Shown piece after piece: positions 45,355 through 55,063 of a stretch of 64,000 nt of DNA. How positions within the stretch are numbered: the stretch's first letter is position 1; each line of letters begins with the position of its first letter. The notes under the pieces were generated by a model. That model had not been told where the DNA came from, did no database searches, and saw only the letters and a program-made list of their open reading frames with translations. Origin of the DNA: Anaerolineales bacterium (lineage in GTDB: Bacteria; Chloroflexota; Anaerolineae; Anaerolineales; UBA4823); NCBI GenBank assembly GCA_041558875.1, contig JBFFEL010000004.1, forward strand, positions 6,980 through 70,979, given 5' to 3'. Made by a program: the position numbers and the translations under genes.

Positions 45355-46368
45355 TCAAATCATTTGCTTAAAATGGACTTCAGATTTTCCTTTCAAATGG
45401 ATCAAAGCCGTTTTCTCCAATTCTACTGCCAGTTGTTCTGGATCATCCTCCTTTCCTAATCTAACATGCCCGGCCGCCATATTTCCATGACCACCGGCTG
45501 TACCTTTATGACCAATGATTTTGGAAATCAACATGCCAGCACCGATTTTTTTGTTCCGAGATCGCATGGAAAGGATCAATTCATCGACAAAAACCCCCAT
45601 ACAGAGTACCCACTGGATACCCCTCAACCTCATGAAGAAATCAGCTATCTCGGCGCAAAGGTCTGGATAAGGAAGATTGCCTAAATAAGCAATAACGACA
45701 TCATCATCGAAAATCCGACCAGCATGAATCGCATTGTCGATACTCTGGAAATAAGTTATAGGCACTTGAGCCTGCTCGATTTGTACTAAAGCATGGACAT
45801 CTATTAATGGTTGCAGGTAGAAGTATGCCTCCACATCAGCTGGACTGGCATGACGGCTGAGACCCATAGTATCCGTTTTGATGCCGAAGAAAAGGGCTGT
45901 AGCTAGCTGAGGAGTTGGATTGATCCCGGCTTCTAGCAAATACTCAGTCAGGATAGTGGAAGTGGCTCCTAATTCAGGACGAATATCCACAAAATCACCT
46001 GATTTAGCAGCACTTTGCGAGATGTGATGATCTATTACGATATCAGCCATCCGGTCAGCAGGTAGAGAGTTGTTTCCAGTGCTAGGCTGAGTATCGACTA
46101 AGGCGATCTTAGATTCTGTATGCCAGTCGGAGGGTTGAATAAGACGGAGCGGTTTATCCAAATACTGCACCAGCGCCTTGTTCTCAGCACGCCCGATATG
46201 GCCTTTGTAAATAATTTTTGCATCTACATGAAAGACTATATTGAGGAGATTTTTCAATCCAACCGCCGAGCCAATTGCATCTGGATCAGGATCGTTGTGG
46301 GGAATGATCAGGATGTTAGTTTGGTCAGCCAATACCTTGGCAAGTGCATCAAGATGCTTATCAGACAT
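45355..46368 (-). CDS. DHH/DHHA1 family phosphoesterase (NrnA-like), paralog 2
   Basis: 337 aa with IIPHNDPDPDAIGSA, VIDHHIS and GGHGNMAAG. It is collinear with 25858..26871. Confidence 0.85.
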   Translation of the reverse strand: MSDKHLDALAKVLADQTNILIIPHNDPDPDAIGSAVGLKNLLNIVFHVDAKIIYKGHIGRAENKALVQYLDKPLRLIQPSDWHTESKIALVDTQPSTGNNSLPADRMADIVIDHHISQSAAKSGDFVDIRPELGATSTILTEYLLEAGINPTPQLATALFFGIKTDTMGLSRHASPADVEAYFYLQPLIDVHALVQIEQAQVPITYFQSIDNAIHAGRIFDDDVVIAYLGNLPYPDLCAEIADFFMRLRGIQWVLCMGVFVDELILSMRSRNKKIGAGMLISKIIGHKGTAGGHGNMAAGHVRLGKEDDPEQLAVELEKTALIHLKGKSEVHFKQMI

Positions 46369-46603
46369 TAATCACCTGGTGGATCTGACAGAATTGTAAT
46401 CAAGGATTATCTGATAGAAAAATGTATTGATCAAATTATACAATCGTGATCCAATTTATCAATCAAGAAACCATTCTAAAAAGGAAGAAGAATGATCTTG
46501 TTTGACTGGATGATTTGAATTGAAATTTCAGCAAATTCAATTACATCTGATAGTACTCATTTAGTAAAAACCTAAAAAAATCACCCCCAACTTCGCACCA
46601 AAT

Positions 46604-47353
46604 TCATCCAAGTACTAACCTGCGGAAATGTTCCTCATAGCGTGGAGCTTCCAGACTGCTGTCAGGAGTATGGCGTACACGCAGGCGTTCTTCCAATTGT
46701 GCAGGATCACCTATCTGGCTAGAATGCTTATTCAACGCGCGCAACTTTAAATCAAAGTAATCGGTAATATCAATTGAAATGTTGGCTTCTAACGGTAAGG
46801 AGATCCATACCTCGCGCACGGTGTGAGGTTCCAGATTTTCATCACGCCACAGCTCAATAAAGTTTAAATGATCCCTGGCTGCTGGGAAGACTGCATCAAG
46901 AGTCGCCTGTCCTGCAGCCCTGTGGTCCGGATGATTAATATAGCTGTTTCTTATGTACAGGTTGGTGGGATCGCAGGTGACAATCACATCTGGTTGTTCC
47001 TGCCGAATCACCCTGGTTATTTCCTTGCGTAGTTCTAAATCCGGAACCAGGTAGCCATCCGGGTGATCTAAGAAAATCACATGCTGCACTCCCAAGACCT
47101 CAGCCGCAGCGCGCTGTTCATTCTGGCGGAGATCACACAGAGCATCAGGGGTCAGGTCGCGATTATCGGTGCCCTTATCCCCGCATGTCAGGAGACAGTA
47201 TGAAACATGATGGCCTGCCTTAATCCACCGGGCAACTGCACCCCCACAGAAGAACTCCGGATCATCCGGGTGGGCTAAAACTACCAGAATGCGTTGCGGG
47301 TCTTCCCAATTATCAGGCGTCTCGACCTCGTTCAAATCTATCCCCTGCCGCAA
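46604..47353 (-). CDS. PIG-L/LmbE family N-acetylglucosaminyl deacetylase
   Basis: 249 aa with the VLAHPDDPEFFCGG and HPDH motifs. Confidence 0.85.
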   Translation of the reverse strand: MRQGIDLNEVETPDNWEDPQRILVVLAHPDDPEFFCGGAVARWIKAGHHVSYCLLTCGDKGTDNRDLTPDALCDLRQNEQRAAAEVLGVQHVIFLDHPDGYLVPDLELRKEITRVIRQEQPDVIVTCDPTNLYIRNSYINHPDHRAAGQATLDAVFPAARDHLNFIELWRDENLEPHTVREVWISLPLEANISIDITDYFDLKLRALNKHSSQIGDPAQLEERLRVRHTPDSSLEAPRYEEHFRRLVLG

Positions 47354-48249
47354 TCACATTCACCGTTTTCGTGTTTGTCACACGGCTCTGCAGATTTTCT
47401 GCGTAATTCTTCAAATTCATCCCATGGTTGAATATCCAGCCGGCCATATTCCTCCCGACCCACACCTTCCACTTCCACCATTACCGAATCCCTCAAGGGA
47501 TATACATCAACCACCTTACCCTCACCTTGAGGGGTGATCACACGTTTATTACGTTTTGGGAGAGTCTTACGCGCTTCGACATATTGCTGGTACTCGTAAA
47601 TCAAACAGCACCGCAACCTGCCGCACATGCCGGTGATCTCGGATGGAGTCAGGGAGATGCCCTGCTCTTTGGCCATCTTGATGGAGATTGGGCTGAACTC
47701 GGTCAGGAATATGGAGCAGCAGCGTGATTCCATTCCACAAGCACCCATCCCACCTATGATCTTTGCCACATCGCGAGGGCCAATCTGGCGCATTTCAACT
47801 CTTGATCTTGGATAGGTGCGCTGGACGGCTTTCTTCAAAGATTTAAGGTCGACCCGCTCTTCAGTTTCGGTGCTGTACAAGAACGACAACCGTTTACCAT
47901 CGATGGTGTATTCTGCCGATACGATCTTGACCCCTTCGATCTTCATTTCAGCTGCTTTTGCCCGGCAGTTGATCATCGCTTCAAGCCCTTTACGCTGCCA
48001 GAGCTGACGTAATAAAAGATCTCGCGGGGTCGCTTTACGTTTTATCGGCTTCCATGAACCATGCGGAGGCATCGGCGGATCATCCAGGATTTGGACTATC
48101 TCGCCGAGCTGCTTCCCTCGGCTGGTCTCAACGACCGCAAAATCTCCTTCACGCAGGTCGGTGAATTTTCGGGCGTCAAAGTGGTAGACTTTTCCGACCT
48201 TTTGGAAGCGTACACTGACAACATATGGTTTTGAACTGCTCATGATCAT
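47338..48249 (-). CDS. ricT: PSP1-domain protein (RicT/YaaT-like) with Cys-rich C-terminal tail
   Basis: 303 aa with [16 protein letters not shown]..., [12 protein letters not shown]..., CGRLRCCL and the tail ...[14 protein letters not shown]. It overlaps both neighbouring genes. Confidence 0.8.
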   Translation of the reverse strand: MIMSSSKPYVVSVRFQKVGKVYHFDARKFTDLREGDFAVVETSRGKQLGEIVQILDDPPMPPHGSWKPIKRKATPRDLLLRQLWQRKGLEAMINCRAKAAEMKIEGVKIVSAEYTIDGKRLSFLYSTETEERVDLKSLKKAVQRTYPRSRVEMRQIGPRDVAKIIGGMGACGMESRCCSIFLTEFSPISIKMAKEQGISLTPSEITGMCGRLRCCLIYEYQQYVEARKTLPKRNKRVITPQGEGKVVDVYPLRDSVMVEVEGVGREEYGRLDIQPWDEFEELRRKSAEPCDKHENGECDCGRG

Positions 48250-49331
48250 CCAACCATGGTAATCGGCACAAAATCGTTACTCTGCATGGCCGCCACGCTG
48301 ACTTTCGCGGCGACATCCAAGGCGATTGAAGTCAAGGCCCTGGAAACTAGCGAGTCGGGATCGCTGACCGTTACTGGCACTCCATTGTCGCCACCTTCTC
48401 GAACAGATGGATCCATTGGAATGGCGCCAATAAACGGCACCCCGCTCTCCTGGGCTAATTTTTCGCCACCACCGGAGCCAAATACATCCATTCGGGTTCC
48501 ATCCGGCAGCTCGAGGTAGCTCATGTTCTCCACCACGCCGAAGATCGGCACATTCATCTGGCGGAACATCTCGAGACCTCGCCGGGCATCATCCAAGGAT
48601 ACCTGTTGGGGTAGCGTGACGATCAACCCACCACTGAGCGGCATAGATTGAGCCAGACTCAATCCGGCATCTCCAGTCCCAGGTGGTAGATCAACGACCA
48701 GGTAATCCAGCTCACCCCACTCAACATCACTTAGGAACTGGCGAATCGCGGAATGAAGCATCGGCCCCCGCCAAATTAACGGCTGATCTGCCTTGACCAT
48801 GAAGCCGATCGACATTAATTTCACACCGTGTGCTTCTGCGGGGAAAAGTTTGTCTTCCCCTGCGGGGGGCAGATGCTCAACTCCCATCATGGTGGGAATA
48901 TTTGGACCATAGATATCCGCATCCAACAAGCCCACCCGGGCACCAGATTTAGCCAGCACAACCGCCAGGTTCACCGCCAGAGTGCTCTTGCCCACGCCTC
49001 CTTTCCCAGAGGCGATAGCGATCGCGTTGCGGATGGGTAGTTTCAAAAGACCGCGCTGCCTACCATCCGTTGGTACATTGGCGTCCAACTTGATGACTAC
49101 CGATTCAACACCAGGTATAGCCTCTACCGCTTCGCGTACCTCACGTTCAATTTGGTCGCGCAACGGGCAGGCTGGGGTTGTCAGCATGACTGTAAAACCA
49201 ACCTCACCCCCGATAATATTCAAATCCCGAATCATGTTCAGGCTGACCAGGTCCTGGTGTAGTTCTGGTTCCTGGACCTGGCTCAAAGCTCCCATGACTG
49301 CTTCTTTGCTTACTGTGTTTACATTTACCAT
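48246..49331 (-). CDS. apbC: Mrp/NBP35 (ApbC) family Fe-S cluster carrier ATPase with N-terminal DUF59/MIP18 domain
   Basis: 361 aa. The deviant Walker A is [16 protein letters not shown]-containing N-domain and a typical Mrp core are present. Confidence 0.9.
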   Translation of the reverse strand: MVNVNTVSKEAVMGALSQVQEPELHQDLVSLNMIRDLNIIGGEVGFTVMLTTPACPLRDQIEREVREAVEAIPGVESVVIKLDANVPTDGRQRGLLKLPIRNAIAIASGKGGVGKSTLAVNLAVVLAKSGARVGLLDADIYGPNIPTMMGVEHLPPAGEDKLFPAEAHGVKLMSIGFMVKADQPLIWRGPMLHSAIRQFLSDVEWGELDYLVVDLPPGTGDAGLSLAQSMPLSGGLIVTLPQQVSLDDARRGLEMFRQMNVPIFGVVENMSYLELPDGTRMDVFGSGGGEKLAQESGVPFIGAIPMDPSVREGGDNGVPVTVSDPDSLVSRALTSIALDVAAKVSVAAMQSNDFVPITMVG

Positions 49332-49399
49332 ATAAATTTCCTTATCAAAAATACCATCGAAAAATTCTCGAATCCTCTGGATCCAATAGTAGTCACGAT

Positions 49400-50047
49400 C
49401 TATTCCTCTGTCTTCTTCCGGGCAGCTTTTCTGGCAGCTTTTTTCGCTTCAGCTTCGGCCCGGGCAGCCTCCTCCCGGTTGTAATTTGTAGGACGAATTG
49501 AGGCATAATATTCAACCGGGCGTGAGAGGCGCTCCTTGTTATAGATGTTCTTCTCCAACCGATCGTAAACCGAAATCTCGTAATCGTGATCCATCTTGAT
49601 CGCATCGAATGGGCAGAATTCTGCGCACAACCCGCAGTTCATACAGATGTCAACATCGATATAGAATTCCTTCGGTTCTGGAACGGGTCTACCGGTGTCG
49701 GGATCGTTGGTACGCTCTATCCAGATACACTGAGGTGGACAGACTTTGGCACAAATACCGCAGGATGTACAGCGATCTTGCTTCTCCCCATCCCCGTTAA
49801 CTTCATAGATCAGGAACGGGATAAAACGAAATTCCTCTGGTACGGGCAATTTCTCATCCGGGTATTGCACGGTAAAGATACCCTTGGCATCAATGCTCTT
49901 GCGATTTTCAATTCCTTCTTCAGTGTAATATCGGCGTTTTCCGCGTGATAACCAGCGAATGTCTTCCAGATAGGTGTTCATGAAGTGTTTGAACGTGATG
50001 CCTAAACCCTTCAGAAGACCTTTGCCATAAAAATCAGTCATATTCAA
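49400..50047 (-). CDS. nuoI: NADH-quinone oxidoreductase subunit I (2x[4Fe-4S])
   Basis: 215 aa with [12 protein letters not shown] and [12 protein letters not shown]. It has a Lys/Ala/Glu-rich C-terminal tail. Confidence 0.9.
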   Translation of the reverse strand: MNMTDFYGKGLLKGLGITFKHFMNTYLEDIRWLSRGKRRYYTEEGIENRKSIDAKGIFTVQYPDEKLPVPEEFRFIPFLIYEVNGDGEKQDRCTSCGICAKVCPPQCIWIERTNDPDTGRPVPEPKEFYIDVDICMNCGLCAEFCPFDAIKMDHDYEISVYDRLEKNIYNKERLSRPVEYYASIRPTNYNREEAARAEAEAKKAARKAARKKTEE

Positions 50048-50086
50048 ACTCCGCAGCTAATTCCTCATTGACTTGCAATGTGTGGA

Positions 50087-51832
50087 TCAGCGATCCGTTT
50101 CTCCCAGCACGATATCGATAGAGCCTAAAATCGAGACGACATCGGCAATCTTGTAATTCTTACCCATTACGCCTAGGGCGGTCAAGTTGATGAAAGATGG
50201 CGCCCTGACATGGTACCGCCAGGGATTCGGCTTGCCATTTGAGACAACATAAAAGCCCAATTCACCTTTCGGTCCCTCGACTCGCCCATATGCTTCGCCA
50301 GCCGGCACCCTTACCTGATATTGGGGTTTACCTTCCTGGATCGGACCTTCAGGAATATCGCGGATCACCTGCTCCAATATGCGAATACTCTGGCGAATTT
50401 CATCCAGGCGGATCAGGTAGCGATCGTAAATGTCGCCATGATAACGCACCGCAACGTCAAATTCGAAGCGATCATAGATGCCATAAGGGTCTGCGCGGCG
50501 TACATCATACGGCACCCCCGAGGCCCTCAGCACTGGTCCAACAGCAGAATGAGCAATGGCATCTTCTGCAGTCAGCACACCCACTCCGATCGACCGGGCG
50601 CGAATGATTTCGTTGTTGGTCAGGAAGGTATCCAGATCATCGATCTTGGCCGGCAACCTGTCCAGGACAAGTCCTTTTACCTGTTCAAACACACCTTCAG
50701 GCAAGTCCCTTGCCATGCCAGCGAAGCGATAATAATTGCACATCATGCGTGAACCGCTGACTGCCTCAAATATATCCAGGATCAGCTCTCGTTCTTCAAA
50801 TGCATACAACAAAGGGGTAAAAAACGCGCCCAGATCGTTCAACAAGAACCCGATGGCAGCCAGATGGTTGACAATACGGGTTAATTCAGCCATCATCACG
50901 CGCAGATATTCCGCCCGTTCAGGTGGTTTAGTCCCCATCAGTTTCTCGACCGCCAGGACATAACCAAAGTTGTTGCTCATCGAGTTGAAATAATCCAGGC
51001 GATCTGTGAAGGGTATGTTCATCAAGAAAGTATTGCGCTCGCCGATTTTTTCATGGTTACGATGCAGATAGCCCATGACCGGTTCGAGATCGACAACCGT
51101 CTCACCTTCAAGGCGAACGACCATGCGGAACACGCCGTGCGTTGAGGGATGCTGTGGACCCAAATTAACCACGATCTGGTCGGTGATCAAGGCAGTCTCA
51201 CTGACTGCGTGATCGAGTCTACCCACTCCAGCGTATACCGCAGACTCACCCACCGGTTCCCACAGTGCCGGATCAAAGCCTTCCGGATAATCCACGTTCT
51301 TATTGAAGGGATTGTTGTCTTCGCTGCGGATTACGTCGCCCCCAGGCCATCGGCTTTTAAAAGGCTTGCCATCTTCTTCATAAAATGGTTCTTGCCAATC
51401 TTTTTGCAGCGGGTGACCTTCGAATCCTTCCCAGGTCAAAACTCGTTTAAGATTGGGATGGCCATCAAATCTAATCCCTACCAAATCCCAGGCTTCCCGC
51501 TCCTGGAGATTCGCGCCAGGAAAGACCGGAGTAAGGGAAGGTACCACCGGATTATCGCGCGGCACCTGCACCTTATAGACTAATTCCGACCCACCGGTGG
51601 TCTTATAGGCATGGTAGACCACTTCCAGCTTGTCTTCCGGCAGGTAATCCACACCGGTGACCGAGGATAAGAAATCGTAACCAAATTCATCTCGCAAACC
51701 GGTGGCAAATTCGACCAGTTTTCCTGCTGGCACGATGAAACCTGCATACCCCTTACGCTCATCACGGCTGATCTCCGGGAATCGCTCTTCTAATTCGGTT
51801 TTTTGTTCAACAAGAACTTCTTCACTCATCAA
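50087..51832 (-). CDS. nuoCD: NADH-quinone oxidoreductase fused subunit C/D
   Basis: 581 aa. The N-terminal NuoC-like part is followed by the NuoD signature NLGPQHPSTHGVFR, and the protein ends ...SILGSIDIVLGETDR. No NiFe-hydrogenase Cys motifs are present. Confidence 0.9.
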   Translation of the reverse strand: MMSEEVLVEQKTELEERFPEISRDERKGYAGFIVPAGKLVEFATGLRDEFGYDFLSSVTGVDYLPEDKLEVVYHAYKTTGGSELVYKVQVPRDNPVVPSLTPVFPGANLQEREAWDLVGIRFDGHPNLKRVLTWEGFEGHPLQKDWQEPFYEEDGKPFKSRWPGGDVIRSEDNNPFNKNVDYPEGFDPALWEPVGESAVYAGVGRLDHAVSETALITDQIVVNLGPQHPSTHGVFRMVVRLEGETVVDLEPVMGYLHRNHEKIGERNTFLMNIPFTDRLDYFNSMSNNFGYVLAVEKLMGTKPPERAEYLRVMMAELTRIVNHLAAIGFLLNDLGAFFTPLLYAFEERELILDIFEAVSGSRMMCNYYRFAGMARDLPEGVFEQVKGLVLDRLPAKIDDLDTFLTNNEIIRARSIGVGVLTAEDAIAHSAVGPVLRASGVPYDVRRADPYGIYDRFEFDVAVRYHGDIYDRYLIRLDEIRQSIRILEQVIRDIPEGPIQEGKPQYQVRVPAGEAYGRVEGPKGELGFYVVSNGKPNPWRYHVRAPSFINLTALGVMGKNYKIADVVSILGSIDIVLGETDR

Positions 51833-51843
51833 TTGACTCCAAT

Positions 51844-52497
51844 TCAGGCTTCCTCCACCACAGGGACTTCTTCCTCTTCAACCTGTTTTTCAGCGGTATA
51901 GTCTTTTATCAATTCATATTCACGGGGATCCATCAGGTCTGGACCGAGTACAGGGATCGGGATCGCCTCAACCGGATCCTTGCTGTACCAGCGCACATTC
52001 TTGATCGATTGAATATCGATCTTCTTCTGCAGTGTGATCAATCCATGAAGCAAGGCTTGCGGCGTTGGTGGGCACCCGGGAACATAGACATCCACCGGGA
52101 TGAATTTATCGACACCATCCACCACGCTGTAACCCTCCTTAAACGGTCCTCCTCCAGATGCGCAGGCGCCCATCGCCAGGACGTATTTCGGTTCTGGCAT
52201 CTGGTTGTAGAGGCGCACGATCTGGGGGATCATCTTCTTGGTCACAGTGCCTGATACGATCATCAAGTCGCTCTGACGGGGACTCGGACGCATCACTTCC
52301 ATTCCAAACCGGGAGAAGTCAAAGCGACTGGTCGCGGCGCAGATCATCTCAATTCCGCAGCATGCTAAACCGAACATCATCGGCCAGATCGAATTTCGCC
52401 GACTCCAGTTGTAGACTTTATCCAGCGTGGTAATCGCCACCTGACCTTCCATCTCGGGAGGGATATCGTATCCAGGTGAATTGAAGTCTTCTGTCAT
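51844..52497 (-). CDS. nuoB: NADH-quinone oxidoreductase subunit B
   Basis: 217 aa with [19 protein letters not shown] and VPGCPPTP, the N2 cluster ligands. Confidence 0.9.
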   Translation of the reverse strand: MTEDFNSPGYDIPPEMEGQVAITTLDKVYNWSRRNSIWPMMFGLACCGIEMICAATSRFDFSRFGMEVMRPSPRQSDLMIVSGTVTKKMIPQIVRLYNQMPEPKYVLAMGACASGGGPFKEGYSVVDGVDKFIPVDVYVPGCPPTPQALLHGLITLQKKIDIQSIKNVRWYSKDPVEAIPIPVLGPDLMDPREYELIKDYTAEKQVEEEEVPVVEEA

Positions 52498-52715
52498 TTT
52501 TGAGCTACCTCCTCAAACCATTCTTGGAATATTGCTTCCAGGATGGCATCATTTGCCAGCTCTGGATCATCAGAAAAACCCGGTAAATCCACTGTCCAGT
52601 TGTAAATCATCATCAGAGAGACCTCTTCAAGATTTACCTCCGGTTTTGATTTCGACAATTCCCGTGCGATGGCATAAGAATCGTCCCAGGTCAATGTAAT
52701 CTCTCCGGTTGTCAC
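52494..52715 (-). CDS. iscX: IscX (YfhJ)-like Fe-S assembly protein
   Basis: 73 aa. [62 protein letters not shown] aligns by eye with E. coli IscX ([62 protein letters not shown]). It overlaps the nuoB start by 4 nt. Confidence 0.75.
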   Translation of the reverse strand: MTTGEITLTWDDSYAIARELSKSKPEVNLEEVSLMMIYNWTVDLPGFSDDPELANDAILEAIFQEWFEEVAQK

Positions 52716-52809
52716 AATGGCTAATTATACCGGATAAATAATACCTGTCAAAGCAGATTAACGCAAAATATAATTTGCGTTAATACAATTGATGGGTATA
52801 ATTGGGTAG

Positions 52810-53406
52810 ATGAAATCCACTCGCCAACGTTTACTTGAACTAATCGAACATCGACCTGGAATTACTGCAGCTGAACTCAGCCGGGCTCTTCAGCTCACCC
52901 AAGCAGACATCCGCCACCACCTGGCGAACATGATCAAGGAAGGGTTGATCGTGAACTCTGGTCAGCAGCACAGTGGTCGCCGAGGGCGTCCGGCGAGGCG
53001 GTTCAGCCTGGCATCCAGCATTTATAAAGATAATTTTGATCTATTGAGCAGCGCCCTATTGAGCGCCTCCCTTGATCAGCTTTCACCCGAACAAGAGTCA
53101 ACGTTCCTCGAGCGGGTTGCAGGACACCTCCTCCCAGATAAAAATGAAAAGGGTCCCTTATCTCAACGCCTGGTGCAGGTGGTTAACCAGTTAAACGAGC
53201 TGGGATACCAGTCTCGGTGGGAGGCGCACGCGGAAGCACCACGGGTCATTTTCGAACGCTGCCCTTTTGCGGCGTTGCGTGCCCAGCACCCCGAGTTGTG
53301 CCGCATTGACGCCAGGCAAATCGAAATTCTATGCGCGGAAGAAGTTACCCTGGTTGAATCCAGGGCCCATCTGGAGGATGGCTTCTGTATGTTCCTGGTG
53401 GGTTAA
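52810..53406 (+). CDS. Winged-helix (ArsR/DeoR-type HTH) regulator with C-terminal 4-Cys motif
   Basis: 198 aa. The N-terminus RQRLLELIEHRPGITAAELSRALQLTQADIRHHLANMIKEGLI is an HTH. The C-terminus has C-x12-C-x10-C-x17-C. It is divergent from the iscX-nuo string. Confidence 0.6.
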   Translation: MKSTRQRLLELIEHRPGITAAELSRALQLTQADIRHHLANMIKEGLIVNSGQQHSGRRGRPARRFSLASSIYKDNFDLLSSALLSASLDQLSPEQESTFLERVAGHLLPDKNEKGPLSQRLVQVVNQLNELGYQSRWEAHAEAPRVIFERCPFAALRAQHPELCRIDARQIEILCAEEVTLVESRAHLEDGFCMFLVG

Positions 53407-53486
53407 TTCTGAGCCCGGACGATAATTATTGTGGTTAATGAAAGATCCGCTTGCGCCCCCTACAAGCTGCTGCAGATCCTTGGTGA

Positions 53487-53693
53487 TTATTTCTCCCGGG
53501 CAGCTTTTTCCAAATAATCAAAACCCTGCTCTATCAACGCTGTTCCCTGGTCTGAATCTAAATCTCCCGCTTCAATCAGTTTCAGCAACGATCCACGCAC
53601 CCCGCTCGCCTGACGCGCCCAATAGGAATCAGCCGACAATCGCTCCAAGCGAGCGATCAACATTCTCGCCAAACCATCCCTTTGATAGTTCAA
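53487..53693 (-). CDS. Small helical hypothetical protein
   Basis: 68 aa with TTG start. Its composition is protein-like, unlike the Pro/Ser-rich overlapping plus-strand ORF. No family recognised. Confidence 0.3.
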   Translation of the reverse strand: MNYQRDGLARMLIARLERLSADSYWARQASGVRGSLLKLIEAGDLDSDQGTALIEQGFDYLEKAAREK

Positions 53694-53869
53694 TTTTCAT
53701 CCATATTTATAGCTGGTGGGAGTTTATTCTACCAATCCACCAGAAAGATTAAGATTTATCCTGTCTCTCTTCTTCTGGGAGCCTAAAATTTCTGGTTGGA
53801 TTTTCCAGATTTACCTCTCCTGCAACAAATATAACAATTCTTGCACCGCATTTAATTTTATCTCAATAA

Positions 53870-53911
53870 GAAATAAAAAAGCCTTGTGATTATCCGTCCA
53901 CATCACAAAGC
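53870..53911 (-). terminator. Rho-independent terminator after 53949..54974
   Basis: The minus-strand RNA is CUUUGUGAU-GUGGACGGAUA-AUCACAAGG followed by CUUUUUUAUUUCUUAUU. Confidence 0.7.
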
Positions 53912-53948
53912 TCAGGTCAGGGAAATTGAGATTTAAAACAGAGAGGTT

Positions 53949-54974
53949 TTAACGATTTTTACTCTCTACAGGTACGGTCTGCTGCTGTTGGTACACACTG
54001 CGCAGCGAGACATCTGTACCAAATGCACCCCAGATTCCAAGGAAAAACAACGGAATGACCTGCAGAACATGGATCATAATTGCGTACGCAGTCATCAATG
54101 CAGGGTTGAAGCCAGCCACTAACGACAAGGCACCGACGATGGTTGCCTGGTACAAACCAGGCGTACCGGGTGCAGAGGGAGGCGCAACTGCCAGGGTGAG
54201 CAACGCGATGGCGGCCATCTGTTCAATGGGGAGATATATATGAAGACCCAGCAAAACCAGATAAGCGAAGGCAAAAAATGCACCCCAGATGGCAAAAGAC
54301 ATCAACCAGCCGTAAGTCAGCTGTTTAGGACCGCCCGCCATCCTCAAGCCAGTGACCAGATCCGTGAGGGCTTTCTCGACCTGTTTTTGATCCAATCTAG
54401 GAAAACGACGCAGAAGAACCTGGACCTTTCCCACAATACTTTCCGCATTGCGGATCAACCAGACCATCAAACCCAGAAAAGCCAGGATAAGACCTGCGTT
54501 GACCAGCATGGATTCAGTTTTGAAGGAGATCACGTATCCCGTGAGCAGGGCCAGCAGAAATGCCAGCACCCGCATCACCTGTTCCAGGGAGCGCTCGACG
54601 AGCATGCCGGAGGTCGCCCCTGAAATGGACATATCTGCGCCGCGTCCGGTAATCAACACCCTCACGGCTATCTCGGGGATGGGCGTCAAACTGTTTACCA
54701 GGTTGGAAATATTAATCGCATGAAACGATGGCAAGAAACCAGTCCTATTGGCCAATAAATACCGCCAGCGGACGGCCATCAGCATGTAAGCAACCAACAA
54801 TGCCCCTATCCCAGCTGCCAACAGTCGCCAATCAGCTTGACGCAGCAATGTGATAACCTGGTTCAGATCGACCAGCCAGAAAAATGCTGCCCCGATGACC
54901 AGCGTCACCACAAGGGCTAAAAACAATCGTTTCTTCAAAGACTTCTCCCTGCAATCCCCTGCTGGGGAACGCAA
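53949..54974 (-). CDS. Flippase-like / lysylphosphatidylglycerol-synthase TM-region family membrane protein (UPF0104)
   Basis: 341 aa polytopic protein with the family pattern ...LLRQADWRLLAAGIGALLVAYMLMAVRWRYLL. A likelier start is TTG at 54938 (MKKRLF...) with AGGGAG upstream. Confidence 0.7.
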   Translation of the reverse strand: MRSPAGDCREKSLKKRLFLALVVTLVIGAAFFWLVDLNQVITLLRQADWRLLAAGIGALLVAYMLMAVRWRYLLANRTGFLPSFHAINISNLVNSLTPIPEIAVRVLITGRGADMSISGATSGMLVERSLEQVMRVLAFLLALLTGYVISFKTESMLVNAGLILAFLGLMVWLIRNAESIVGKVQVLLRRFPRLDQKQVEKALTDLVTGLRMAGGPKQLTYGWLMSFAIWGAFFAFAYLVLLGLHIYLPIEQMAAIALLTLAVAPPSAPGTPGLYQATIVGALSLVAGFNPALMTAYAIMIHVLQVIPLFFLGIWGAFGTDVSLRSVYQQQQTVPVESKNR

Positions 54975-55063
54975 TTAATCAGCAAATGATTATAAGCTCA
55001 TTTGGGAAAAATTTGCAAATAATATTTATTTCTAACAGGGTTTTCATTTTTGTTGAAACGGGA

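Noticed and set aside
24196-46603. Prophage, ICE or classical genomic island
   Set aside because: No integrase, recombinase, transposase, phage structural genes, conjugation genes, tRNA target or evident flanking direct repeats were found. I report only a compositional and decay signature.
53429-53752. 107-aa plus-strand ORF
   Set aside because: It is Pro/Ser/Asn-rich and low-complexity. It overlaps the more protein-like 68-aa minus-strand ORF, so I treat it as a shadow frame.
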